A DNA stretch of 64,000 bases from Longimicrobiales bacterium (GCA_965238005.1 OZ250165.1:1792001-1856000), one strand, 5' to 3'. Positions 9,052 through 19,557 are shown, counted from the stretch's first letter. Notes: generated from the sequence alone by a model not told the origin. Translations and numbers: made by a program.

Positions 9052-11504
9052 TGAACAGCCCTGACACCGTGTTGCCGCTGCCCAGCGTAACCGCGTCACC
9101 CAGCACGTTGACGTTGGTGATCTTGGGCGCCACACCGGCCGGCACGATCGTGCCGAGCCCCGCGATCGTGAGCCCTACACCCTCACCCAACAGCTTCTGG
9201 TTGTCGAGCAGCGTAATGCCGCTGTCGTAGTGCAGCGCCGTGCCATCGCCCGTGTGGAAGAAAATCGTATGGCCGGCTGCCGGACCCACGACCAAATCGA
9301 AGTCGACAATGCTCCCGAACGGATCCTCGGAGGCGCCAGTGCCGCTCCCGAGCCCCGCCCGGTTGTCCAGATACCACACCATATCAACGATGTCGATCGT
9401 AACGGTGGCCGTGGCTCCGCCCGCCACCGTGTACTGGAACGAGTCCGTGATGTTGTCATTGAGCGGCGGCGTGTACAGGAACTCACCGTCCGGCTCGATC
9501 GTCACCGTGCCACCCTCGTTTGTGCTGAACGGGCCCAGGCTCGTCACCGTGAGGCTTGGAGTATTCGTCGTCAGCGAGTGCGTCTTGACCGCCGCTATCT
9601 CAGGGGGCGGGGCGGGGAAGGGCGGGGCTGGCGCTCCGACGCCGAAGTCTCCGCCGATCAGCTGCGTGTTGCCCGCCGTCTTGAACGCGTGGTCCTCGGG
9701 GACGCTCACCACGGGCAGGGCGACGATGCTGGCGGTGCCTGAGTTGTTGCTCGGATCGTCCTCCTGGTGCTCCAGCACCGCAGCCGTGGCCGTGTTCGTG
9801 AGCGTCTCGCCGGCGTGGCCTTCCACGACGACCGCCGTCAACGTGAGGCGGATCAGGCTCCCCGGCTCCAGACTCTGAATCGTCCACTCGCCAGTGCTCG
9901 GATTGAAGCCCAGGTCGGCCGAGACGAAGTTGAGACCGTTGGGCAAGTGGTCGGTGACCACGATCTGGTCGGCACGGTCGGGCCCATGGTTGAGGACGGA
10001 GATCGTGAACACGACCTGGTCTGTCTCACGGACTTCGACCTGGTCGGCCTCCTTGGTGACCGCGATGTCGGCGACCCGTTGGCCCACGTCCACGAGTGCG
10101 GAAGCCTGGTTGTTCAACGGATCGTCATTCTGCTCGGTCAGCTGCGAAGCCGAGGCCACGTTCTCGAGCGTCTGACCCCCGGTCCCCTGACCTACGGTAG
10201 CGACGATGGTGAGCGTGGCGGCCTCCCCATTCGTGAGGGTCCCCACGTCCCAGGCACCAACCGGGGAATAGCTCCCGTGGGACGGCGTCACGGTCTCGAA
10301 CAGCAAGCCGAGGGGCTGGGGGTCGAACACGGTGACGCCGGTAGCCGTGGCTGGACCGTTATTGACCACCGTGACCGTGAAGGTTACCTGGTCCCCCTCC
10401 AGCGCCGTCGGCTTGTCTACTACCTTGCTCACGGCGAGGTCGGCCGTCATGAGCATCACCGCGAAGTCCTCACTGGCAGCCGGATTGAGCCCCTGAGCAG
10501 TGGCGACGAGGCGGAACAGTCCACCTTCGGGAATCACCAGGCCCTCGAAGGTGGCAAGACCCTCAACGGCGTCGACCGTCGTGGTCCCGCTGAGCTCGGC
10601 CGCTTGCGGTGCGACGACGACGGCGGGAGCGGTGGCGGCGGCCGCAGCGACCAGGGCCGCAGCGCGATCCTCAAGCTCGAGAGTTACGGCACCCACGTAG
10701 CTTCCGACGCGATCGCCTCGGGCGTCCACCGCTTCGACGCTGGGAGCGGGATCGAGGGGCTCACCGACCTCTACCGAGCTCGGCTGGCTCACGAAGGCCA
10801 GGCCGATGGGTCGCGCCAGGACTACGACGCTCGTCTCGTCCGATTGGGCTCCCGCGGTCACGGAGATTCGAGCGGTCCCCGGAAGATGCGCCTGAAGGAA
10901 GCCGCCCTGGGTCACCGTGGCGATGGAGGGGTCCGCACTCTCCCACACCAGCGTCGGGGCGCCCGGCTTGCTCAGCTCGACGTGGGCCTGGAGCTGCAGC
11001 CCATCGCCTTCCGTCACCGGACCCGCCTCCACGAGGGTGACGGACGTCACGAAGTTGTTGGCCACTGGCCCCTGCACGACCTCGACCTGCTGGACGGCAA
11101 CCTGACCGGTGAGACTGAACCCGGCAGTGATGCCGGAGTACTCCACCGTCTCGATTCCCTGAAAGACGCTGATGAGCTCGGTGACCAGATAGACCGGAGG
11201 GTCGTCGGGCGGAATCACGACCTCGCAGTCCACGACCCAGACTTCCAAGGTCGGATCTACATCTGTGACGCACACCGCGATGATGGAATCGTCCGACACC
11301 CGCTTCACCGTGATTCGAATGCGCGTGATGTCTGCGGTCTGCTCGGCTGTCGTCCCCTCGGGAAACACGGTACTCAGCGCTACGACCGCGCGGCCGGTGG
11401 AGGACTGGTCTACGGGAGACGACCCGTCGGTGCAAGAGTAGAACAGGAAGAGAGAGAGAGAGAGAGAGAAGCCCACAAAGGGCCAGGAGCCGTCGGTACA
11501 CCAT
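9047..11504 (-). CDS. N-terminal part of a giant surface lipoprotein/adhesin (BIG2, two DUF11-like repeats, Ig-like); signal peptide frameshifted at a (CT)10 tract
   Basis: ADLAVSKVVD...TFTVTVVNNGP and ADIAVTKEAD...VFTISVLNHGP repeats; lipobox FYS-C; ATG 11504 (MVYRRLLALCGLL) is in another frame across the repeat. Confidence 0.75.
11449..11468. repeat. (AG)10/(CT)10 simple sequence repeat within the signal-peptide coding region
   Basis: Read directly from the sequence. Confidence 0.95.
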
Positions 11505-11793
11505 GAGACCGTCGCACGCTGGGGAAGCGGAGGCTCGCTTCCGATTGATGTGTCGCCACTCCTTGCAATCTCGCGTGCGCGGGGGCATCCGGCAAACGTT
11601 TTCGCCGCTCCGACACGGGACCTACGGCCACCTCTTGCGAGTAACCGGGTGAGGAATAGACTTGGAAGTCCTTGGCCGTCCCGTCGGATCCAACGACGCC
11701 GCGATCGAAGAGAAGGCGAAACACTGTTGCCAAGACCGAGTATTACAAAACATTACATAACCCCATGCGACCAAGACCCCAGACGCGGTCCAG

Positions 11794-12426
11794 ATGAGAC
11801 TCTTTTCACAGTGGTTTCGTAACGAATCGGCCACTTCCCGCGCGCGCTCCGACGAGCGGGAAAAGCTGTTGGCCGATCTCGAAGCGGAGGCAGCACGCGC
11901 TCCCCTGGGCTTCCAGGGAACCTCGCTCAACCGGGCCGGAGACTTGTGCCTCAAGGCCGGAGACCGGTCTCGGGCACTGCAGTACTACGGGCGGGCCATC
12001 GATGCCATGCTTGAAGACGGACACCGCGAGCCAGCCCGCGGGATGGCCAAGAAGATCATCCGGATCTACCCCGAGGCGGTGCGTACGCTTTGCACGCTGA
12101 CCTGCCTGGGGTCACGCCACACCGCCATGGCCCTGGTTCATCTTCGAGAGTACTTGAAGGCCGCCAAGGCTGGGAGGCGCGCGGATCTGGCCAGAGAGCA
12201 GATCCTGGAGATGGCACGAACGGTAACCCAACGGGACTTCCTGAATGCCGCAGCGGAGGCGCTGGAGGGGCTGGAGGCCGAGGATGACGCTGCTCAGGTC
12301 CGCGATTGGGCGATGAGCGGCGGTGCGCCGGACGCCGTATCCGACCCCGACAAGCTGGCTACCCACTGCATGCAAGCGGCCGTTGGGTCCAACGCTGCCC
12401 GAAGGGCGGAGGGTGCCTCGGCCTAG
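11794..12426 (+). CDS. Hypothetical all-alpha, TPR-like protein
   Basis: LNRAGDLCLKAGDRSRALQYYGRAID helix-pair pattern. Confidence 0.7.
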   Translation: MRLFSQWFRNESATSRARSDEREKLLADLEAEAARAPLGFQGTSLNRAGDLCLKAGDRSRALQYYGRAIDAMLEDGHREPARGMAKKIIRIYPEAVRTLCTLTCLGSRHTAMALVHLREYLKAAKAGRRADLAREQILEMARTVTQRDFLNAAAEALEGLEAEDDAAQVRDWAMSGGAPDAVSDPDKLATHCMQAAVGSNAARRAEGASA

Positions 12427-12443
12427 TAGGTCCACCCGGCACC

Positions 12444-13580
12444 TCAGCTCCCGGCAGTTTCCTGGAAGAGCACCAACACGTGGTCCGGCTCGTCGTTCCA
12501 GTCCCGGATGAGCGAGGCGAACACACGACCCCGCCTGGCACCCCCCTCTTTGTCCCTCAGGGTTTGGGCCTCATCCAGCGGCTCGGCTGCGCCGGCGGCC
12601 AGTGCCCCCACGGAGGCGCGGGCCTTGGACTGGTCGTCGGCCTCCCAGAGCTCGGCATACTCCGTCTCGAGAAGGTCGTCCTTCTCGTATCCGGACGCCC
12701 GGCAGAAGGCCCCGTTCACGTCCAGGATCACACCGGAGAGATCCACCAGGAGCATGCCGATTCCACCGTGCTCGAAGATGGTCTGGAAGCGGGCCGCGTC
12801 CTCGTAGAACCCTCCAGCCCGCCACGCGTTGGAAACGTCCTCGACCGTTCCCTCGACGTAAACTACCTCTCCGTCCGGTCCACGCTGGATCCGGGCCGTA
12901 TTGCGCACCCTGATCTGGCGACCGTCAACGCAACGGAGCTGCGTCTCGAAGCCTCGGACCATGTCGAACTGGTCTAGCCTGGACTTGAAGTGCTCCTGGT
13001 CGGCCGGATTCACGTAGAAGGTGGCGGAGTAGGTTTTCTCCAGAGTGGCCGGATCCGGATAGCCGAGAATCCGCACCAGCGCCGGGTTCGCATCGAGGAA
13101 GCGGCCTTCGGCCGTGCACCGAAACACTCCGATGGGTAGGTGATCGAACATGCCGCGATGGCGCTCTTCGCTCTCCCGGAGGGCCTTGAGCGTCTCCAGA
13201 CGATCGAGAGCGTACCGGATGGACCGCTCCAGCTCCGCCGGGCCGATCTCCCCCTTCACCAGATAGTCCGCCGCTCCGGAGTGCATGGCCTCCATGTCCA
13301 CGGTGTGGCTGCCGCGTCCCGTAAGCATGATGACAGGAGCCTGGAGCTGGCGTCGCCCGGCTTCCCTCAAGAGGTCGAGGCCCGTGCGGTCCTCCAGGAA
13401 GTAGTCCACGATGTAGATGTCGTAATCGTCCTGGATCAGGGCGTCGCGGCCTTCCTCGAACGTCGCCACCCAGTCCAACTCGATCTTGGGCCGCTGAATC
13501 TGCTCCAGCATGGCGCGCGTCACGACAAAGTCGCCTTGGTCGTCGTCGATCAGGAGCGCGCGGACGGTCTCTCGGTTCAA
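12444..13580 (-). CDS. Response-regulator receiver plus two PAS domains
   Basis: LLIDDD, IVDYFL, MLTG and DYLVK receiver motifs; PAS starts MFDHLPIG...DANPA and IFEHGGIG...DVNGAF. Confidence 0.85.
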   Translation of the reverse strand: MNRETVRALLIDDDQGDFVVTRAMLEQIQRPKIELDWVATFEEGRDALIQDDYDIYIVDYFLEDRTGLDLLREAGRRQLQAPVIMLTGRGSHTVDMEAMHSGAADYLVKGEIGPAELERSIRYALDRLETLKALRESEERHRGMFDHLPIGVFRCTAEGRFLDANPALVRILGYPDPATLEKTYSATFYVNPADQEHFKSRLDQFDMVRGFETQLRCVDGRQIRVRNTARIQRGPDGEVVYVEGTVEDVSNAWRAGGFYEDAARFQTIFEHGGIGMLLVDLSGVILDVNGAFCRASGYEKDDLLETEYAELWEADDQSKARASVGALAAGAAEPLDEAQTLRDKEGGARRGRVFASLIRDWNDEPDHVLVLFQETAGS

Positions 13581-13666
13581 GAGCCCCTCTCTCTGCGGAT
13601 GAAGTCGGGTGAGCGGATTCGGCGACGGGAGCTGAACTCACTTTCCATGATATGCCGGTGCCCTAG

Positions 13667-15267
13667 GAGTCTGCGCCGCAGAAGCACAGCTGACTGAGCC
13701 GAATGGTCATCGAGCCGTCCGCGGCGAGGCGGATCCGGGTGATTGGGAGGTTGAGGACTTGTGTCTGCGATGGATCGGGAGAGCGGAATGGATGCGTTGG
13801 GGGGGCAAGAGAGCTACGAGAGCCCTCGCGCCGGCAGATGCGGGTGAACCCTCGTGCAGTCATGCCGCCTGAAGGGTGTGCAGCCGCTTCACATTGAGTG
13901 CCAGGCACACGAGGGTCCACTCGGCCCGGACCTTCTCGAGGCCCCGGAAGCTGAATCGTCGAAAGCCCATCACTTCCTTGATCCAGCCGATGGGCGCCTC
14001 GGCCTGCGACTTTCGCCGTGCGTAGCGTCTGCGGCCATCTTCGCTCGCCAGCTTCTCCGCCATGCGGACTTTCGCCGGATATTCCTCCTTGTCAACCGTG
14101 GGGGCGGCCTTGCCCTCCCGGGCCAGCGCCACATACCCGTCGATGTCTCGCTCTTCCAGTTCCTCGAGATCCCGCTCGTTGCAATAGCCCGTGTCCGCCA
14201 GCACCTGCGCCGGCGTCTCGCCGTACGCTTGCGCCACCGCGTCGACCATGGGCACCAGCTGGCCCTGGTCGCTCGCGTTGTCCGTCACCTCGGCCCCGAC
14301 CACCAGCTGGTTCTCCCCCTCCACAACCGTCTGTGCGTTGTAGCACTGCTGGAACCCCTCCGAACTCGTCTTCATGATCCGGCTCTCAGGGTCCGTGAAG
14401 TTGCTCTGCGCCGCCTCGTCCGGCTCTCCGTACTCCCGCTTGTAGGGCCTGCCGCCCTTCGGGTTGCGCGTCTGCCCCGGCTTGCGGCCCCGTGCGTCGT
14501 CCGCCGCTCTCTGCTCGGCTTCCAGGCGCGCCTTCGCCTCCCGGATCGCCGCCAGCCGGTCCTCGCGCCGCTTGAGCTCCTCCGGCACCTCGTCTCCGCA
14601 TGCTTCCTCGCCGTAGCGCTCGTCTTCCGCTTCGTCCACCGCCTCGGCCCTCTCCAACAGCCCCCGGATCTCCGCCTCCAGCCGAGGCTCCCCGGTCACC
14701 ATCCGGCCGTAGCTCATCGCCTTGCGCTTGTTCGCGTTCGCCCGAACCTTCGTCCCGTCCACCGACACCCTGCCAAGCCCCGCCAGCCCCAAGGCCCGCG
14801 CGAGCATCACCACCTCCACAAACACCGCCCGGAAATCCCCGAGATGGCGCTTGCGGAACTCGCACAGCGTCCGGTGCTTCGGGAAGTTCTCCGCCGCCAG
14901 CATCCGAAACGCGACATCCTCCTCCAGCTTCCTCGCCATCTTCCGCGACGAGAAGGTGCCCGTCGCATACGCGTAGATCAGCACCTTGACCATCATCCGA
15001 GGGTCGTACGGCGAGTTGCGCCGCCCGTCCCCCCGGTACCGCCCGTAGAACGCGCTCAGCTCCACCGCGTCCACCAGGTCGCTCACATGGTGCGCCAAAT
15101 GACCCTCCGACACCCACTCCCGAAGATCCGGAGGCAGCAACAACATCTGCTCCGGATCGTACGGTCGAAATGTCGTTCCCATTCACCCCCCTCGGTGATC
15201 CGCAAGCCTTCCCAATGCCTTCGCTACCACCAAAGATAGCCGCCGCAGGGTTCTGCGGCGCAGACTC
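13667..15267 (-). mobile_element. IS1182-family insertion sequence (1601 bp), 17-bp perfect TIRs, CTAG target duplication
   Basis: GAGTCTGCGCCGCAGAA (13667-13683) and TTCTGCGGCGCAGACTC (15251-15267); CTAG at 13663-13666 and 15268-15271. Confidence 0.92.
13860..15182 (-). CDS. IS1182-family DDE transposase
   Basis: LLPPDLREWV-x-x-x-HLAH, YDPRMMVKVLIYAYATGTFSSRK, VSVDGTK, TDPESRIMK, YNAQ, LADTGY, GFRRFSFRG. Confidence 0.95.
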   Translation of the reverse strand: MGTTFRPYDPEQMLLLPPDLREWVSEGHLAHHVSDLVDAVELSAFYGRYRGDGRRNSPYDPRMMVKVLIYAYATGTFSSRKMARKLEEDVAFRMLAAENFPKHRTLCEFRKRHLGDFRAVFVEVVMLARALGLAGLGRVSVDGTKVRANANKRKAMSYGRMVTGEPRLEAEIRGLLERAEAVDEAEDERYGEEACGDEVPEELKRREDRLAAIREAKARLEAEQRAADDARGRKPGQTRNPKGGRPYKREYGEPDEAAQSNFTDPESRIMKTSSEGFQQCYNAQTVVEGENQLVVGAEVTDNASDQGQLVPMVDAVAQAYGETPAQVLADTGYCNERDLEELEERDIDGYVALAREGKAAPTVDKEEYPAKVRMAEKLASEDGRRRYARRKSQAEAPIGWIKEVMGFRRFSFRGLEKVRAEWTLVCLALNVKRLHTLQAA

Positions 15268-15639
15268 CTAGGTCTCGTCCAGCGGCTTCCTTCGAAGCGA
15301 CTTTCGAGCAGAGCGCTGTCGCTTGGCCTGGAGGCGGCGTTCGTGGGCGCTTCGAGGAACTCGTGTGGGTATACGACGCTTCGGACGTCTTTGCGAGACC
15401 GCTAACTTTCTGCGAAGTGCTCGCAGTGCGGCCTTCCTGTTCTCATGCTGGCTTCGGAGGCTCCGGCTGGTCGCGACGGTGCCGCTCGGTATGTGGGTGA
15501 GGCGCACGCCGCTGTCCGTCACGTTCTGGTGCTGCCCGCCCTTGCCCCCGGACCTGAACGTGTCGACCCGGCACTGGTCGATGAGCTCGTCGTCCGATTC
15601 CGGAATCGGAACCAGGGGATCCGAACGGTGTTCAGCCAT
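15268..15639 (-). CDS. arfB: Peptide chain release factor-like protein (ArfB/YaeJ-type peptidyl-tRNA hydrolase)
   Basis: [12 protein letters not shown] motif, RSQHENR, basic C-terminal tail. Confidence 0.8.
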   Translation of the reverse strand: MAEHRSDPLVPIPESDDELIDQCRVDTFRSGGKGGQHQNVTDSGVRLTHIPSGTVATSRSLRSQHENRKAALRALRRKLAVSQRRPKRRIPTRVPRSAHERRLQAKRQRSARKSLRRKPLDET

Positions 15640-15746
15640 CAGCAGGTCCTTGGACGGCGCGCGCCCTGTTGCGATCTTTATCAGTATAGCGGTGACCGGA
15701 GCACGGACTGGCACGATCGCTCACGCTTTCTGACGCGAAACCTTAG

Positions 15747-16862
15747 ATGATCTTCGAGCGAACCGACACCCCGGGAGCACGCTTCCTCTTGATGGGAGCG
15801 TGCTTCGTCGTTGTCGTGGCCGGACTGAGGCTGGGTGCCAACATGCTGCTCCCCTTCGCCCTGGCGCTCTTCCTCGCGGTCATGAGCATGCCCCTCATGT
15901 TCTGGCTCCAACTCCGTCGCGTCCCGGCGCCGCTGGCGGTTCTGCTGACGATGCTGGTCATCGGCGCGCTTTTCGGGGGAATCATCCTGCTTGGCACCCA
16001 GTCCGTGGCGGAACTCCAGACACAGCTTCCGGGCTATCAGGAGCGCCTGCGCATCCTGTACGCGTCGTGGGTGGCGGGACTGAGCGCTCGATTCGGCATC
16101 CCTTTGGACCAGTATCTCACGTTGAGCCTCATCGACCCCGGTGCCCTGATCGGACTCTTCGGTCAGGCAGCGACAAGGGTGGTCGGGTTCCTGGGGAACA
16201 CCTTCCTGGTCCTTCTGGTCATGGCGTTCATCCTCGCCGAGGCGACGGTATTCCCGTTCAAGTTCAGGGCGATCCTGGGGCAGCAGGCCGGTAACGGGCG
16301 CCGCATGACCAAGGTGATCCGGGAAGTTCAGGAGTACCTCGGTATCAAGACGGCCGTGAGCCTCACTACGGGCCTACTCATCGGCCTGCTGGCTTGGCTC
16401 CTCGGGCTGGATTTCCCCATCCTGCTGGGCCTCATCGGGTTCGTGATGAACTACATCCCCACCGTGGGATCGATCCTGGCCGCCGTCCCTGCTCTCGTGC
16501 TGAGCCTCCTCCAGTTCGGATCCCTGGGCCACTTCCTTGTGGTGGCCGGAGCCTACGGGGTGATCAACATGGTGTTCGGCAACATCATCGAGCCGAACCT
16601 CATGGGCCGGCGGCTGGGTCTCTCCACCCTTGTGGTGATCCTCTCGCTGTTGTTCTGGGCCTGGTTGTGGGGACCCGTTGGGGCGCTTCTGGCCGTTCCT
16701 CTCACCATGGTGGTGAAGATCATGTTGGAGAACACGGAAGATCTCCGTTGGATAGCGATCCTCCTCGACAAGTCGCCACCGCAGGCCTTCGGAGCCATCG
16801 GTCCGCGCGGTCCGTCGAGTCCCGACAGCCCGGCGAGTCCGGGCGAGATGGGAGCAGCCTGA
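15747..16862 (+). CDS. AI-2E family transporter
   Basis: Multi-TM protein; NYIPTVGS, NIIEPNLMG, WGPVGALLAVPLT. Confidence 0.92.
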   Translation: MIFERTDTPGARFLLMGACFVVVVAGLRLGANMLLPFALALFLAVMSMPLMFWLQLRRVPAPLAVLLTMLVIGALFGGIILLGTQSVAELQTQLPGYQERLRILYASWVAGLSARFGIPLDQYLTLSLIDPGALIGLFGQAATRVVGFLGNTFLVLLVMAFILAEATVFPFKFRAILGQQAGNGRRMTKVIREVQEYLGIKTAVSLTTGLLIGLLAWLLGLDFPILLGLIGFVMNYIPTVGSILAAVPALVLSLLQFGSLGHFLVVAGAYGVINMVFGNIIEPNLMGRRLGLSTLVVILSLLFWAWLWGPVGALLAVPLTMVVKIMLENTEDLRWIAILLDKSPPQAFGAIGPRGPSSPDSPASPGEMGAA

Positions 16863-17365
16863 TGCCCAGGGTCCCGTTCGAGACGCTCCCGGACGAGTCA
16901 CGCCTCTGGGTCTTCGGTGTGGGCCGAGAGCTCGATGCGGCCGAAGAGGAGTCCTTCCTGGGCGCCGTGGACCGGTTTCTCGACACCTGGGCGGCGCACG
17001 GCATGCCACTCCGGTGTAGCCGGGACTGGCGCCATGGCCGATTCCTGCTCGTGGCGGTAGACGAGGCGTCCGAGCCCCCTTCGGGATGCTCCATCGACGC
17101 CATGGTCGGCGTGCTCAAGGACCAGGAGAGGGTTCTGGGCGTCCCCATCGTCGACAGCTCGCCCGTCTGGTTCCTGCACGATGACGAGGTTCGGCGATCG
17201 TCGCGGTCGGACTTCAGGCGACTGGTCGAAGAGGGCGCGATCGGCCCCGAGATCGTGGTGTTCGACAACACGGTCGCGCGTCTGACCGAAGAGCGAGCGG
17301 GCCGCTGGGAGCGACCGGCCCACGAAAGCTGGCACCGGAGGGTCTTCTTCCGGGACCTCGATTAG
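16862..17365 (+). CDS. Conserved hypothetical protein (SGCSID motif)
   Basis: TGATG overlap with upstream stop; LPDESRLWVF...WAAHG...SGCSID. Confidence 0.75.
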   Translation: MPRVPFETLPDESRLWVFGVGRELDAAEEESFLGAVDRFLDTWAAHGMPLRCSRDWRHGRFLLVAVDEASEPPSGCSIDAMVGVLKDQERVLGVPIVDSSPVWFLHDDEVRRSSRSDFRRLVEEGAIGPEIVVFDNTVARLTEERAGRWERPAHESWHRRVFFRDLD

Positions 17366-17374
17366 AGGGCCTGC

Positions 17375-17406
17375 AAAAAGCGCCCCGGCCAGTGTGCCGA
17401 GGCGCT
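17375..17406 (-). terminator. Intrinsic terminator downstream of cspA
   Basis: Minus strand AGCGCCTCGGC-ACACTG-GCCGGGGCGCT-TTTT. Confidence 0.7.
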
Positions 17407-17449
17407 CTCCAGATCCGATGTACCGCTGAGCGGCGCTAGGAGAATCGGG

Positions 17450-17656
17450 CTAAGCGATCCTTGTCACATTCTCGGCGGCGGGACCCTTGGGACCCTCTCC
17501 CATCTGGAATTCTACGCGGTCACCCTCGGAAAGGCTCTTGAAGCCTTCCCCCTGGATCACGGAGTAGTGTACGAAACAATCGCGATCACCCTCGTCCGGG
17601 GTTATGAATCCGAACCCCTTACTGTCGTTGAACCACTTAACGGTCCCGTGGGCCAT
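17450..17656 (-). CDS. cspA: Cold-shock protein
   Basis: [20 protein letters not shown]. Confidence 0.97.
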   Translation of the reverse strand: MAHGTVKWFNDSKGFGFITPDEGDRDCFVHYSVIQGEGFKSLSEGDRVEFQMGEGPKGPAAENVTRIA

Positions 17657-17758
17657 GCACCAACTCCCTTTAATCGTTTGCCGGGCGACGCACCTTACGA
17701 GCGCCCCTTTTGTCCTATACTTGGGACGGCGCCACTCTACCGGGTTTCGATGTGTTGG

Positions 17759-18817
17759 TCAAGTTATCCAAGTGGGGAGATCATGACCTCCACCCCGGGC
17801 GGTGGCTTGCATCCGGTACTGGTGACGGAGAAAGCCGGCGGTCTCTCGCTCAGCCCAGAAGGATGGACTCCACGGCCCAGCCCCCTCGACGAACCCGACG
17901 TGCCCACCTCTATCGGTGACCACGAGCGTCAGGTGCGGGTTGGCTGCGATGATCGCCCGGGGGATCGCCGAGGAAGGGAGGAACGGGTCGTTGAGGGAGT
18001 GAAGGAGGAGGGTCGGGGTCTGAATCCTGGAAACGAACCGCCTCGAGCTGCATAGCTCATAGTAGTCCTCGGCTCCGGAGAAGCCGTGGAGGGGGGCGGT
18101 CACCGCGTCGTCGAATGCTCGGATTGTCGCCCTGTCACCCACGGCGCTCAAGTCGAGCAGGTTCTCCAGCAACGCCCTTTTTGCACGCACCTTTCTCATG
18201 AGAGAGCGGACGAAGTAGCGTGTATAGAAGCGAGCCATGACGCCCTGCGCGAGAGCCGTGGCACCTGTCGAGAGGTCGTAGGGAACGGAGATCGCGACGG
18301 CGGCCGAGATGGCAAGACTGCCGCCGTCGGTCTGCTCTCCGAGGAACTTGAGAAGGACATTTCCTCCTAGGGAAAAACCCACCGCCATGAGCGGTCGTTC
18401 GGGGAACCGGTCCCGGAGGAGCCGGACCACCAGGGCCACGTCCTCCGTTTCCCCGGAGTGGTAGAACCGGGGGGCCCGATTGATCTCTCCGGAGCAGCCC
18501 CGGAAGTTGAGACCCACGGCCCGCATGCCCCGGTCGGCCAGGGCCACGAACATCTGGACGACGTACCCCCTACGCGTGTGTCCCTCGAGGCCATGAAGCA
18601 CGAGGACCACAGGCGCCGCAGGATCGGTCTCGGGCATCCAGGCCAGATCCAGGAAGTCGCCGTCCGGGGTGTCGATCCGCTCGGCCGTCACACCGAGCTG
18701 CGGCTTGGCGCGCAGCAGCTTCCCTGCAAGGGTTTGGGTATGGGCGCCGGGAAGCCACCACGGTGAGTGAAACGGCGTGGCGATCCAGGTCTCCTGCGTG
18801 GGCCGGTCCGTGCTCAA
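17759..18817 (-). CDS. YheT-family alpha/beta hydrolase
   Basis: TPDGDFLDL, HGLEG, GFSLGGN, GGHVGF; probable TTG start overlapping the tag stop. Confidence 0.88.
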   Translation of the reverse strand: MSTDRPTQETWIATPFHSPWWLPGAHTQTLAGKLLRAKPQLGVTAERIDTPDGDFLDLAWMPETDPAAPVVLVLHGLEGHTRRGYVVQMFVALADRGMRAVGLNFRGCSGEINRAPRFYHSGETEDVALVVRLLRDRFPERPLMAVGFSLGGNVLLKFLGEQTDGGSLAISAAVAISVPYDLSTGATALAQGVMARFYTRYFVRSLMRKVRAKRALLENLLDLSAVGDRATIRAFDDAVTAPLHGFSGAEDYYELCSSRRFVSRIQTPTLLLHSLNDPFLPSSAIPRAIIAANPHLTLVVTDRGGHVGFVEGAGPWSPSFWAERETAGFLRHQYRMQATARGGGHDLPTWIT

Positions 18818-19386
18818 GGGGCTCCGTCGTCGGCCCGCGCCCATGGTGGATCGAGGTGGAGGATCCGGGCGTAGACGGGACAGTTGGGGTCGTGGGCACC
18901 CGGCAGGTAGCCGATGCTCGTCAGGAACTCGCCAGTGATCTCGCCGCCGGTGAAGCGGAAGGACTTCTTGAACAGGCGGACCCAATCGGCCTTCGGTCGG
19001 GGATGGTGGCTTTCCAACCACCGGGCGAATGAGGCGTGCGACTCACGGATCTCGAGGATACGTCCAGCGTTGTGGATGGCGGCATCGACCTTGAGACGAT
19101 TGCGGATGATCCCGGGGTCGACCAGGAGTCGGCTGCGGTCGGCATCCCCGTAGCTGGCGACTCGGGCTAAGTCGAAGCCGTCGTATGCCCGCCGGAAGGT
19201 CTCTTTCTTCTTCAGGATCGTCAGCCACGAAAGCCCGGCTTGGTTCATCTCCAGGACGAGTCGCTCGAAGAGGAGGTGGTCGTCGGTGACGGGGAAACCG
19301 TACTCCTCGTCGTGGTACGGTCCGTGGAACGGATGGCCCTCGGCGGCGGCGCAGTAGCCCCGCAGCGCGGGTGTGGACTCGGTCAT
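18814..19386 (-). CDS. tag: DNA-3-methyladenine glycosylase I
   Basis: YHDEEYG, LFERLVLE-x-NQAGLSWLTIL, GIIRNRLK. Confidence 0.93.
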   Translation of the reverse strand: MTESTPALRGYCAAAEGHPFHGPYHDEEYGFPVTDDHLLFERLVLEMNQAGLSWLTILKKKETFRRAYDGFDLARVASYGDADRSRLLVDPGIIRNRLKVDAAIHNAGRILEIRESHASFARWLESHHPRPKADWVRLFKKSFRFTGGEITGEFLTSIGYLPGAHDPNCPVYARILHLDPPWARADDGAP

Positions 19387-19557
19387 CTCGGGAATGTAAC
19401 GGGGGTGATCCAGAAGTGGGACGCCGATCCCGTATCACACCATCGCAACCCAATGGCCGTTCGCGGCGTCACACTCATAAGGGACGGGACGGCCCGGGGC
19501 CCCACTCGGCCATGCTCGTCCAGGGATCCTGCGAAGAAGAAGGGGAGGAAGGGACGA

